NCBI GenBank assembly: GCA_044224815.1
Contig: JBGAJR010000019.1
Location: 1 to 64,000 of the forward strand
Reading direction: 5' to 3'
Length of the DNA stretch: 64,000 nt
Source of the DNA: Polyangiaceae bacterium
GTDB lineage: Bacteria; Myxococcota_A; Polyangia; Polyangiales; Polyangiaceae
Positions within the stretch are counted from its first letter, which is position 1. Each line of letters starts with the position of its first letter. The translations under genes were made by a program, and so were the position numbers. The notes below the pieces were generated by a model. It was not told the origin of the DNA and made no database searches. It saw only the letters and a list, made by a program, of their open reading frames with translations. Positions 29,130-39,019 of this stretch are shown here, piece after piece.

Positions 29130-30644
29130 TCAGTTGCGGTCGAGCGCTGCCTTGGACTTGAGCGGATCGACCGGCGCGGCGCTCGGCGCGGCGGCGGGCT
29201 CGGGCGCGCGCGCCGTCGCGTGCACCTTGACCGGTTTCACCGGCGCCGCCTTGGCTGCGCTCGGCGCGGGCGCGGTCGCGGTGGGCTCGGGCTTGGCGAC
29301 GGACGCGGGAGGCGCCGCGGCCGGGGAGACTTCCGCAGTCGCGCTCGGGATGGGCGCGGCGATCTTGGCGGCGCTCACGGTCGGCGCGGTGGCGCCGAGG
29401 GCCGCGGTTGCGATCGGCGGCGGATCGGGCGCCTTTTGTGCGCGCGCGAAGGCGAAAACGAGACCGGCGCTCGCAGCGAACGCCGCGCCGAGGATCATCC
29501 CGTTGCGGCGCGTGACGACCTTGGTCGAGCCGCTCGTCGTTCGCGACGTGGTCGCCCACGCGCGCCCCGTCGCGTGTCCCGATCGCGGCGCGCCCCCGCT
29601 CCGTCGCGGCGACGAATCCACCGCCGAGGGCGGCGGCGCCGAGAGGCGACGAATACGCTCCACCGAGATCGAGGAGTGTCCGCCACCGAAGGGCGCGAGC
29701 TCGGTCGCGAGGTCGAGCACCGATTGAGTGCGCTTCTGCGGATCCTTCTCCAAGCAGCGGCGAACGGCGGCTGCGAGCTCGCTCGGGATGTCGGGGCGGA
29801 GCTCCTTGATGTTGCGGGGCGGATCGGCGGCCACGGCGGCGAGCACCGCCGACGACGACTCACCCCCGAAGGGAATCTTTCCGCACAAGAGCTCGAAGAG
29901 AACGACGCCAAGCGACCACACGTCGCTCCGCGCGTCGACGTTCTTGGCGCTGCGGATTTGCTCTGGCGACATATAGGCCGGCGATCCGAAGACGGCGTGG
30001 GTGTCGGTGAGCGTGATCGCGTCCTTGTCGCCCTGGTCGTGTGCCTTGGCGATCCCGAAGTCGAGGATCTTGATGAGCGGCGTGCGATCGGGGCGCTGGG
30101 TCAAGAAGAGGTTCGACGGTTTGAGATCGCGATGGACGATCCCTTGCGCGTGCGCCTCGGCGAGGCCCTCGCAGGCTTGGAGCACGAAGTCGACGGCCTC
30201 CGCGATCGGGAGCGCCCCGCGATCGGAGAGCACGGCGCCGAGGTCGATGCCCGAGAGGTGCTCCATCACGATGTACGGCAGACCCTCGGGGGTCATCGCG
30301 ATGTCGTGCACGCGAACCACGTGCTCGCCTTTGATGCGCAACGTGGCCTTGGCTTCGCGGAGGAAGCGCTCCGACACCGCCGGATCCTTCTTGGCGTCGG
30401 CGCGGAGGAACTTGATGGCGACGAGCTCGCCGAGCGCCTTGTGTCGCGCCTCGACGACCACGCCCATTCCGCCGCTCCCGAGGACGCGCTCGATGACGTA
30501 CTTCTCGGCCACGACGTCGCCGATGCGCGGCAGCGGGAGGCCGCGCACGGACTCGATGGTCTTCAAGACCTCGGGGTCGTCGATGGTGGTACGATCCGCC
30601 ACGATCTTCGATGGTAGCAGCGGCTCCGATCCGGGGTCACCCAA
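29130..30644 (-). CDS. Ser/Thr protein kinase with a C-terminal TM segment and an Ala/Pro-rich extracytoplasmic tail
   Basis: GSGGMGVVV, AIKFL, HRDLKPSNLFL, DFGIAKA and SPEQ, then the TM helix ILGAAFAASAGLVFAFA. Confidence 0.85.
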   Translation of the reverse strand: MGDPGSEPLLPSKIVADRTTIDDPEVLKTIESVRGLPLPRIGDVVAEKYVIERVLGSGGMGVVVEARHKALGELVAIKFLRADAKKDPAVSERFLREAKATLRIKGEHVVRVHDIAMTPEGLPYIVMEHLSGIDLGAVLSDRGALPIAEAVDFVLQACEGLAEAHAQGIVHRDLKPSNLFLTQRPDRTPLIKILDFGIAKAHDQGDKDAITLTDTHAVFGSPAYMSPEQIRSAKNVDARSDVWSLGVVLFELLCGKIPFGGESSSAVLAAVAADPPRNIKELRPDIPSELAAAVRRCLEKDPQKRTQSVLDLATELAPFGGGHSSISVERIRRLSAPPPSAVDSSPRRSGGAPRSGHATGRAWATTSRTTSGSTKVVTRRNGMILGAAFAASAGLVFAFARAQKAPDPPPIATAALGATAPTVSAAKIAAPIPSATAEVSPAAAPPASVAKPEPTATAPAPSAAKAAPVKPVKVHATARAPEPAAAPSAAPVDPLKSKAALDRN

Positions 30645-30674
30645 ACGGCGGAGCCAGGAGCCCCGCGCACACGT

Positions 30675-31967
30675 TCAGGTACCGAAGGGGAGCATGGAGG
30701 CGCGGTCCCACGTTCCGCTCGCCTCTTCGATACCCCCAGGCCCGTCGCCGCCCGACGCTGCGTCGGCGAAGAATGCGAGGAGCTCGTCGCGTCGCGCGCG
30801 CGCGTCGGCGCGCCCGAGCTCGATCAGCTGGCGGCAATAGGTGCCGTCGAAGAGGAGATAGCTCGCGAGGTCGGCCTCGGCGCCGGCGCCGAGATCGAGG
30901 AGCGCGAAGAGGCGCTTGGTGAGGAGCGGATCGCCGCGGTAGCGGCCGCGGCGCACGTGCTCGCTCGCGAGGCGACCGAGATCTTCGCTCGGACGAACGA
31001 CGCAAGCGCGTACGTAGCGGTAAGGCACGCCGCCGCGCTCGAGGGCCCGCTCGCTCATCGTCTTGACGAAGTCGGGGCCGAAGCCCTTCGTGCCGTCGAC
31101 GAGCACGTTGTTGAGGCGGCTCAAGAGCTCGAGGTCCACGTCGACGTGATCGAGCAAGAAAGCGTTCAGCACCTTGCCGAGCAAGAACGCGGCGCCGGGC
31201 GCGGTGACTTGGTTCTCCACGCCCTCGACTGCGTTCGAGCCTTTGACCTCGCGTGAGCTGCCGGTGACGAACACGTGGGTCGCGCCGAGCCGCAGCGCGG
31301 GGGCGATCGGAGTGTTCTGACGGAGGCCGCCGTCCAAGTAGAGCTCGTCGTCGATGCGTACGGCCGGGAAGAGCAGCGGGATCGCGGCGCTCGCGAGGGC
31401 GTGCTCGGGGCCGATATGGTCTGGCCGAAAGTGCGTGCGCGGTGGCGGCGGCGGGATCTCCACGTCGGGCGCGGTCTGCATGAAGACCACGGTGCGACCG
31501 GTGGACACTTCGGTGGTGGACACGCTGAGCGCGTGGAGGTGACGCTTGCGGAGCGACCGCGCCACGGCGCGCCAGCTGATTTCGCGCTGCACGAGGCTCG
31601 CCATCGGCCGAACGTCGAAGAGGCCGTGGCCCTCCCGCCCGCCGCCGAGCGCGATCCGCGGCAGCCCGACCACTTGCCGGAAGCCGAAGCCGAGCACCCG
31701 CGTGATCTCGAGCTCGGTCCACAGGTCGACGAGCCTCCGCAGGCCGAGCATCGGATCGAGGAGGTGCGCGGCCAGAAAGCACGCGTTGATCGCGCCGACG
31801 CTCGTGCCGGAGAGAATGTCGACGCGCGGCGGCTCTCCGCAGAGCCGCGCGAGCTCGTCGAACACGTACCAGAGGACGCCGACCTCGTAGGCGCCGCGCG
31901 CTCCGCCGCCGGAGAGGATCATGGCGAGGCGCTTCTTCTTCTGGGACGTGATGACGGGCTCGATCAT
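30675..31967 (-). CDS. Patatin-like phospholipase
   Basis: GGGARG oxyanion motif, GTSVG serine motif and DGG aspartate, plus a ~140-aa C-terminal extension. Its start ATG overlaps the stop of the giant gene (ATGA). Confidence 0.8.
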   Translation of the reverse strand: MIEPVITSQKKKRLAMILSGGGARGAYEVGVLWYVFDELARLCGEPPRVDILSGTSVGAINACFLAAHLLDPMLGLRRLVDLWTELEITRVLGFGFRQVVGLPRIALGGGREGHGLFDVRPMASLVQREISWRAVARSLRKRHLHALSVSTTEVSTGRTVVFMQTAPDVEIPPPPPRTHFRPDHIGPEHALASAAIPLLFPAVRIDDELYLDGGLRQNTPIAPALRLGATHVFVTGSSREVKGSNAVEGVENQVTAPGAAFLLGKVLNAFLLDHVDVDLELLSRLNNVLVDGTKGFGPDFVKTMSERALERGGVPYRYVRACVVRPSEDLGRLASEHVRRGRYRGDPLLTKRLFALLDLGAGAEADLASYLLFDGTYCRQLIELGRADARARRDELLAFFADAASGGDGPGGIEEASGTWDRASMLPFGT

Positions 31968-34900
31968 GCGGTGGGCGCCTCGTGCTGGGTGGCCCCCGCC
32001 TCCAATGGATCGGACTTGGCGCCGCGCTCAAGAGAACGCGGCCCCAAGAGCTCCTGTACCGCGGTTCGCTTCCCGAAGAGGACGCGGAGCTGCGGGTCGC
32101 GGATGGTCTGCATCAAGGCGGCGGCGTGCGACATGGCGCGGGTCTTCGCGAGCACCGCCTCGGGCGACCCGGCCGCGGTGAGCGCTTTTGTGCATAATAC
32201 ACGAACCTCGAGGCCGTACTCGCATCCTTGCAGCGTCTCGACCGCGCCGAGCGCGGTCGTCGCGAGGAGCGTCGCCGAGTGGAGCTCGCCCGCAGTGGCG
32301 CGCGCGGCGGCTTCGATCGCGAGCGCATAGAAGTGGAAGCTCACGAGGGTGAGGTCTTCGGCCTGGCGGCGCGCCGCGAGCGCGAGATCGGCGGCGTGCG
32401 CGGCCTGGCCGCGTGCGAGCTCCACCGAAGCGCGAGCGACGGCGGCGTGCACTCCGTCGTAGGCGTTGCCGGTGGCCGCGTTGAGCGCGGACGCGTCGGC
32501 GAGGAACGTGGTCGCGGCGTCGATCTCCCCGCACTCGAGGTAGACCTCGGCGCTGATGATGAGCGTGTCCGCGCGACCGTCTTGATCGCCGTAGCGCTCG
32601 TGCGCGTCGCGCGAACGCTCGAGGTACGCCTTGGCGCGGGCGAAGTCGCCGAGGCGCGCGTATGCCGTGCCGATGTTGGTGAGCGTGTTGGCGAGTTGGA
32701 AGCGCCCACCCATTCCGAGGTCGATCTGGATCGACTCGAGCGCGAGCCCGACGGCGTCTTCGTAGCGACCCTGGCAATACATCGCGAACGCCAGCGCGCT
32801 CTTGGCGCGGGCCTCTTGTCGGCGTGCGCCGACGCGACGGAAGACCGCGATGGCCTCGACATACGCGTCCACCGCCTCGCGGACGCGACCGACGCGGCGG
32901 AGGAGGACGCCGCGCGTGCGCAGCACCTCGGCGCGCGCGCGCGGGAGGACGAGCGGATTCTCTTCGGTGCCGCAGGCGGAGAGGGCGCGGTCGCAGGCCG
33001 CCAGCGCGCGCTGCACCGCCCCGAGCTCGCGCAGGAGCTCGCTCGAGAGCTGCTCCGCCTCCACGGTGAGCTGCGCGCTGCCGATCTTTCGTGCCAGGTC
33101 GGCCGCGCGCTCGGCCAGCGGGAGACCGTGCCGGAGCCGACCTTCGTCGAGATCGAAGCGCGCGGTGCGGACGAGCGCGAGGCCGATGGCTCTCGCGGTC
33201 CCGGAGAGGCGCGCGCCTCGACGCAGCGCCTCGAGGTGCGCGATGCGCTCGCGGCGGCGTCCGAGCACGCGGAGGAGCGCTTCGAGAGACTCGTGCGCGG
33301 TGATCGCGCGCGGGTCTTCGGGCCGCACGAGCGTGAGCACCTTGTTGTAGTAGCGGGCGGCGAGCTTGAGTTGGCTTCCGTTGCGCGCGGCGTTCCCGGC
33401 CTCGACGTAGAAGTCGGCCGCGACCGAGGGCTCGCCGCCGAGCGTGAGGTGGCGGGCGACGATCGCCGCCGACAGCCCACGCCCGAGCGAGCCTTGCCCG
33501 AGGAAGAGGCCGAGCGCGCGATGCATCGCCGCGCGGTCACGCGGCTCGAGCGCCTTGTAGGCCACGTCGCGGGTGAGGGGGTGTCGGAAGTCGACGAGGT
33601 CGCCTTTGCGATCGCAAAGGCCGCGCGCACAGAGGCGGACGAGCGCGTCTTCGCCGTCGGCGTGGGCCAAGTCCACGATCTGATCGGCGGGGAGCGGCCC
33701 GCCAGCGATGGCGAGCCAGTCGACGACGGCGTGCTCCTCGGTGGGGAGCTCGCGCAGGCGATCGCCGAGGAGCTGCTCGAGCGTCGACGGGAGCTGCCAG
33801 GCGTCGGTCTCCGAGCGGCGTACGAGTGCGAAGCGTGGCTCCGCTCCCTCCTCACGCTCCTCACGGATCTCCAGCGTTCCGCGCTCGAGGAGCGCGTCGA
33901 CCATCTCGAGCAAGAAGAACGGGTTGCCGCCGACCTTGGGCAAGAGGTCGGCGCACACCTGCCGAACGCCTTCGCGGACACCGAGCCGGTTCTCCACGAG
34001 GCGCACCTGCTCTTCGGGCGAGAGGCCTTGGAGCTCGATGCGCACGACGCCGTCGAGGATGGCGGCGCAGCGATCGTCGGGGCGCGAGACGAGCACGAAG
34101 AGGATCGGCAAGGGATCCGGCGCGCGGACGAGCTCGGTGAACGTGTCGAGGCTCTGTCGATCCGCCCAGTGGAGCCCCTCGACGACGACGACGAGCGGCT
34201 GCGTGAGCGCGATCGCGGCGAAGAGCGACCGGAGCCCGGAGCCGATCAGCTTGCGTCGATAGGTCGGGTCGTCGTCGTCGCCGCCGCCGAGGGGAGCGTT
34301 GGTCGCGAGCTCGGCGAGCCGCGCGACGACCGGGTTCTGCGCGTCGCCTTGCGCAGCACCGCCGCCCGCGCGCGCGATCAGGGAGACGACGTCGTCGAAC
34401 GGCTCGTCGCCGGTGATGCCGATGCACTCGCGTACCGCCGCAGCCACCGCGCTGTACGGAACCTCCATCTTCACCGGCGAGGCCTCGACGCGGACGAGGC
34501 GCGCGTTGGGCGGGAGCTCGCTCGTGAACGCCGTCACGAGCGCGCTCTTTCCGATACCCATCTCGCCGACGACCGCGCGACACGTGAGCGTGCCCATGCC
34601 GCTCACCGCGTGGTGATAAGATGCGTGGAGATCGTTTCGCTCGACGTCGCGACCGACGAGATCACTCTGCGCGCTGGCCATCGTCGCCACGCGCTCGTCG
34701 CGCGAGAGGCTGCGAAGGAGCGCGTAGATGCGCATCGTCGGCGGGACGTTCTCGACGTCGGCTTGGGGCGCGAGCTCGAGCGTCGGCGCGTCGTCCCACT
34801 TGAACTCGCGCCGCACCAGGCGATACACGCCGCCGGCGACCCACGTTTTGTGGAGCGGCGTGGCTCGCATGAGCACGTCGGCGAGGTGCGTCGCTGGATC

Positions 34901-36400
34901 GTGGAGTCGGTAGCGGAGCAAGTTGCCTTGCGTGTCGCGGAAGCCCGACGCGATGCCGCGCACGATGCCGAGCGACGCGCCCAGCTCGGTGGGCGAATCG
35001 TCGGCGAGGCCGGCGATGGCCTCGTGAGTGTCGAGGGCCAGCCAGGCCGCATCGGATGCGGCGCGCGCGGTGTTGGCCGTGAGCCCGGCCACGGCGTGGG
35101 CCTCGACGTCGCTCGACCAGATCCAGCAGCGGACGCCGCGCTTGTAAGCGATCTCTTCGAGCATGTTGCGCAGGCGATCGAGCATGCGCTCTCCGCGCAC
35201 GCGGTCCGCGACGATGGCCTCGTGGACGCCATGAAGGCGCAGCGTGACGATCGCGACGTGGCGCACCTCGCGCGGTCCAGCCGCCGGCGGCGGAGGCTCC
35301 GGCGCAGCGTCGGACACCTCGCCCCGCGTGGAGAGCGGAGCGCCGCTTCGACGCGACGGCGGCGCCGACGAGTTGCGGGATTCGGGCGGTGACGACGTCG
35401 CCTTGGCGGGGCCGAGCTCCACCTTCGGCGCTTCGCGCGCGACGAGGTTCGAGATCAGCGCTTCGACGCTCGACGCGTCGACGAGCTCTTGCCGAACGAG
35501 GAGCGCGCGTGCGACGGCGCTGGTGAGCTCTCGCGCCGTGCCGTAGCGCTGGTCGCGGTGGGGCATCAGGCACGTCATGACGATCGCCTCGAGCTCGGGC
35601 GGTACGTCGCGCGCGTACGTGCTCGGAGGCTCCACGATGCCGGAGCGCACGATGTCGAGGAGCGCTTCGCCGCCCAGGCCCGAGTGGAGCGGGCGACCGG
35701 CCAGGATCTCCCAGAGGATGACGCCGAGCGAGTAGACGTCGCTGCGCCGGTCGACGCGCTCGCCGCGCGCCTGCTCGGGCGACATGTATCCGAACTTTCC
35801 CTTGAGGACGCCGGTCTCCTCGACGAACAGCTTGGCGCTCGCGATCCCGAAATCGGTGATCTTCACCGCGCCGTCGTACGAGAGGAGGATGTTCTGCGGC
35901 GACACGTCGCGGTGGACGATCTCGAGGGGCGCCCCCGACTCGTCCTTCTTCTCGTGCGCGTAGTGGAGGCCCTTGGCCGCTTCGCCGATGACGTGCGCGC
36001 CGATCCAGGGCGGGAGCCGCGTCCCCTTGGCCTTGGCCGACGACATGAGCATGCCGAGGTCGGGGCCCTCGACGTACTCCATGACGAGGAGTTGACCCTC
36101 GTCGCCGCCGTCGGAGAGCTCGTAGACCTGAACGACGTTGGGATGGTTGAGGCGAGTCGCGAGCTGCGCCTCCTCCACGAACATGGTTCGGAAGCGGCGG
36201 GATGAGCCGTGGGTCGGGAGGATGCGCTTGACGACGAGGAGCTTGTAGGTCCCTTCGGCGCCGCGCTTGCGAGCCAAAAAGACCTCAGCCATGCCGCCCT
36301 CGCCGAGGCGCCGGACGATCTCGAACTGGGCGAGCTCGCGCACTTCTTCGGCCGCGCGGGGCGGCGTCGAGGCGGCGTCGTTGGGGACGGAGGGCTCCAC
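31964..36400 (-). CDS. Giant multidomain protein: N-terminal Ser/Thr kinase domain, a nucleotide-cyclase-like region, a STAND/AAA P-loop NTPase and a C-terminal TPR array
   Basis: Kinase motifs VVKRIL, HRDVSPQN, DFGIASA and SPEQ. Walker A is GEMGIGKSALV. Long TPR-like helical repeats follow. 1478 aa. Confidence 0.8.
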   Translation of the reverse strand: MEPSVPNDAASTPPRAAEEVRELAQFEIVRRLGEGGMAEVFLARKRGAEGTYKLLVVKRILPTHGSSRRFRTMFVEEAQLATRLNHPNVVQVYELSDGGDEGQLLVMEYVEGPDLGMLMSSAKAKGTRLPPWIGAHVIGEAAKGLHYAHEKKDESGAPLEIVHRDVSPQNILLSYDGAVKITDFGIASAKLFVEETGVLKGKFGYMSPEQARGERVDRRSDVYSLGVILWEILAGRPLHSGLGGEALLDIVRSGIVEPPSTYARDVPPELEAIVMTCLMPHRDQRYGTARELTSAVARALLVRQELVDASSVEALISNLVAREAPKVELGPAKATSSPPESRNSSAPPSRRSGAPLSTRGEVSDAAPEPPPPAAGPREVRHVAIVTLRLHGVHEAIVADRVRGERMLDRLRNMLEEIAYKRGVRCWIWSSDVEAHAVAGLTANTARAASDAAWLALDTHEAIAGLADDSPTELGASLGIVRGIASGFRDTQGNLLRYRLHDPATHLADVLMRATPLHKTWVAGGVYRLVRREFKWDDAPTLELAPQADVENVPPTMRIYALLRSLSRDERVATMASAQSDLVGRDVERNDLHASYHHAVSGMGTLTCRAVVGEMGIGKSALVTAFTSELPPNARLVRVEASPVKMEVPYSAVAAAVRECIGITGDEPFDDVVSLIARAGGGAAQGDAQNPVVARLAELATNAPLGGGDDDDPTYRRKLIGSGLRSLFAAIALTQPLVVVVEGLHWADRQSLDTFTELVRAPDPLPILFVLVSRPDDRCAAILDGVVRIELQGLSPEEQVRLVENRLGVREGVRQVCADLLPKVGGNPFFLLEMVDALLERGTLEIREEREEGAEPRFALVRRSETDAWQLPSTLEQLLGDRLRELPTEEHAVVDWLAIAGGPLPADQIVDLAHADGEDALVRLCARGLCDRKGDLVDFRHPLTRDVAYKALEPRDRAAMHRALGLFLGQGSLGRGLSAAIVARHLTLGGEPSVAADFYVEAGNAARNGSQLKLAARYYNKVLTLVRPEDPRAITAHESLEALLRVLGRRRERIAHLEALRRGARLSGTARAIGLALVRTARFDLDEGRLRHGLPLAERAADLARKIGSAQLTVEAEQLSSELLRELGAVQRALAACDRALSACGTEENPLVLPRARAEVLRTRGVLLRRVGRVREAVDAYVEAIAVFRRVGARRQEARAKSALAFAMYCQGRYEDAVGLALESIQIDLGMGGRFQLANTLTNIGTAYARLGDFARAKAYLERSRDAHERYGDQDGRADTLIISAEVYLECGEIDAATTFLADASALNAATGNAYDGVHAAVARASVELARGQAAHAADLALAARRQAEDLTLVSFHFYALAIEAAARATAGELHSATLLATTALGAVETLQGCEYGLEVRVLCTKALTAAGSPEAVLAKTRAMSHAAALMQTIRDPQLRVLFGKRTAVQELLGPRSLERGAKSDPLEAGATQHEAPTA

Positions 36401-36459
36401 CGAGCCAAACAGTGTATCAGGCCGAGAACGGGTGGTATCTTTTAGACCGAGTCCGCGTC

Positions 36460-38031
36460 ATGAGCGACACCGCGCTTCCGGCGCCTCTAGCCCAAGGAAC
36501 GCTCGAGAAGCGGCCGCTCGCGCACCTCCTCGCGTACGTGTACGAGCGGCGCCTCGGCGGTTCGCTTCTGCTCGGTGACGCGGAGAGCCCTATCGGCGCC
36601 GTCGTCTTCCGCGCCGGAGAGCCGATCAAGGCGCAGTCTTCGCAGCACGGCGACGTCTGGGACGCGCTCGCCGAGCTCCCCGCATCGACTGCGTTCGCAT
36701 ACTACGCTGACCACGACGCGCTCCCCGACCACGACGGCGGCGGCGCTGCAGCGCTCGAGGCGCTCATGCGTGTCCTCCAGCGCCGACCGCCGACGGCGCT
36801 CGTCCAGGCGACGCTCGCGCGCATCGGCGAGTCGGCGATGATGCTCGAGCCGGCGCTCAGCGTCGCTTCGCTCGGCCTCGGCCGAGCGGCGCGCGACGCC
36901 CTCGAGCTCTTGCGCGCGGGGCCCTTCACGATTTCTGACGTCCGCGACGCGCCCCCGCTCCGCGCCCAGGCCGACCTCGTCGTGTACGCCCTCCTCATCA
37001 CCAAGGCGGCGCGCATCGGGGCGGGGTCGTCGCCGAACCTCGACGCTCAGCGCGCGAGCTCGACGGACCTCGGCTCGCCGCCGTCGTCGTCGCCCGAGGC
37101 GCCGGTACCCGACTCCAGCGAGCCGGCGGCAGTCGGTCGCGTTCGACTGACGCGATCGAGCCAGAAGCTCGCGCCGCTCAAGGAAGAGCCCACGATCCTC
37201 TCCAGCTACGACGAGCGGGCCTCGCTCCCGCCGCCGCCCAAACCCGCGCCATCGAGCCCCGACTTCGGGGCACGTCGGCAGGAGATCCTCGAGCGCGCCG
37301 CCCACATCGACAAGCAGACCTACTTCGAGATGTTGGGGATCGCGCCCGAGACGCCGACGTCGCAGGTCCAGGCCGTCTTTCTCACGTTGGCCAAGCGCTG
37401 GCACCCCGACCGGCTCGGGCCCGAGCTCGCGGACGTGCGTGACGCCTGCTCGCGAGTCTTCGCTCGCCTCAGCGAGGCGGCGGCCACCCTCGGGAACGAG
37501 GAGCATCGTGCAAAGTACATGCGTCTCCTCGATGAAGGCGGCGCCACTCCCGAGGACCAAGAAAAAATCGGCGCGGTGCTCGAAGCCGCCTCGGCCTTCC
37601 AGAAGGCCGAGGTCATGCTCAAGCGCGGCGACACCGCGAAAGCCGAGGAGTACTGCTCCACGGCGGTCCGCCTCGATCCGCAACCCGACTACACGGCGCT
37701 CCTCGGCTGGCTCGAGTCGCAAAAGCCCGAGAACCAGTCGCCCGAGGCGACGCAGCGGTACGAAGCCGTCATGAGCGCGGCCATCGCCCAGAACGAGCGT
37801 TGCGAGCGCGCGATCTTCTACCGCGGCATGCTGCGAAAGCGACGCGGTGATCCGAGCGCCATCGAGGACTTTCGCCGCGCGTTCGAGCTGAACCCCAAGA
37901 ACCTCGACGCTCAGCGCGAGGTGCGGGTCTTCGACATGCGTTTGCAGAAAGAGCGGGAGAAGTCGGCGCAGCAGCAAGGGAACGGTCCCGATCGCAAGCC
38001 GAGCTTCATCGGGCGCCTCTTCAAGAAGTGA
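36460..38031 (+). CDS. DUF4388 (PatA-like) domain plus DnaJ J-domain plus TPR protein
   Basis: TYFEMLGI...KRWHPDR contains the HPD J-domain motif. The N-terminus GTLEKRPLAHLLAYV...GSLLL is DUF4388-like. Start chosen at MSDTALP to leave a 59-nt divergent intergenic region. Confidence 0.7.
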   Translation: MSDTALPAPLAQGTLEKRPLAHLLAYVYERRLGGSLLLGDAESPIGAVVFRAGEPIKAQSSQHGDVWDALAELPASTAFAYYADHDALPDHDGGGAAALEALMRVLQRRPPTALVQATLARIGESAMMLEPALSVASLGLGRAARDALELLRAGPFTISDVRDAPPLRAQADLVVYALLITKAARIGAGSSPNLDAQRASSTDLGSPPSSSPEAPVPDSSEPAAVGRVRLTRSSQKLAPLKEEPTILSSYDERASLPPPPKPAPSSPDFGARRQEILERAAHIDKQTYFEMLGIAPETPTSQVQAVFLTLAKRWHPDRLGPELADVRDACSRVFARLSEAAATLGNEEHRAKYMRLLDEGGATPEDQEKIGAVLEAASAFQKAEVMLKRGDTAKAEEYCSTAVRLDPQPDYTALLGWLESQKPENQSPEATQRYEAVMSAAIAQNERCERAIFYRGMLRKRRGDPSAIEDFRRAFELNPKNLDAQREVRVFDMRLQKEREKSAQQQGNGPDRKPSFIGRLFKK

Positions 38032-38053
38032 CGTGCGGGGGACGCGCGAAGTC

Positions 38054-39019
38054 ATGAGCGAGCCTCTGTTCGTCAAGCGCGCGTCCGGTGCGCCCGTCTC
38101 CGTCACCCTCGGGGCCATGAACTTCGGCAAGCGCACGCCCGAGGCGGAGGCGCTTCGGATCGTCGATCGCGCCCACGAGCGAGGCGTCCGCATCATCGAC
38201 ACCGCGAACGTCTACGAAAACGGCGCCTCCGAGCGCATCGTCGCGCGGGCGCTCGCGGCGAGGCCGGGCGCGTTTCGCGTGGCCACCAAGGTCGGGCTCG
38301 CGCGTTCGGGCCGACGCGCGGAGGGGCTCGCGCCCGCCGTGGTGAAACGCGCCTTCGACGAGAGCCGCGGTCGCCTCGGGGTCGACGTGATCGATCTCTA
38401 CTACCTCCACGCTCCCGATCACGAGGTGCCGATCGAAGACACGCTCGATGCGGTGCTCGAGCTCGTGCAAAGCGGGAAGCTTCGCGCGTTCGGTGTCTCC
38501 AACTACGCGTCGTGGCAGATCCTCGAGATCGTGCAGCGCTGCACTGCGCTCTCCGCTCCGGGGCCCGTCGTGGCGCAACAGATGTACAACCTCCTCGTGC
38601 GACAGCTCGACGTCGAGTACTTCCGCTTCGCCCGCAAATACGCGCTCCCCACGACGACCTACAACGCGCTCGCGGGCGGTCTTCTCGCGCGGCCGCTGGC
38701 GTTCGATGCGGTGCCCAAGGGCTCGCGCTTCGACGAGAACGCGATGTACCGGCGCCGCTATTGGTCGCGCGCGTTCTTCGAGGCGGTGGAGCGCTATCGC
38801 GCGATGGCCGAGGAACGCGGTCGCTCGCTCGCGTCGCTCTCCTACGGATTCCTCGCCGCGCGTCCCGACGTCGACTCGGTCCTCGTCGGCCCGGCCACGT
38901 GCGAGCACCTCGATGTCGCGCTCGACGGGCTCGCGCAGCCGCTCGACGACGCCACGATGCGCGCGATCGACGACGTCGCGCGCGATCTCGCGGGCACCGA
39001 CGCGACCTACGCCCGATGA
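38054..39019 (+). CDS. Aldo/keto reductase
   Basis: IDTANVYENG...SER, GVSNY and other AKR signatures. Confidence 0.8.
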   Translation: MSEPLFVKRASGAPVSVTLGAMNFGKRTPEAEALRIVDRAHERGVRIIDTANVYENGASERIVARALAARPGAFRVATKVGLARSGRRAEGLAPAVVKRAFDESRGRLGVDVIDLYYLHAPDHEVPIEDTLDAVLELVQSGKLRAFGVSNYASWQILEIVQRCTALSAPGPVVAQQMYNLLVRQLDVEYFRFARKYALPTTTYNALAGGLLARPLAFDAVPKGSRFDENAMYRRRYWSRAFFEAVERYRAMAEERGRSLASLSYGFLAARPDVDSVLVGPATCEHLDVALDGLAQPLDDATMRAIDDVARDLAGTDATYAR

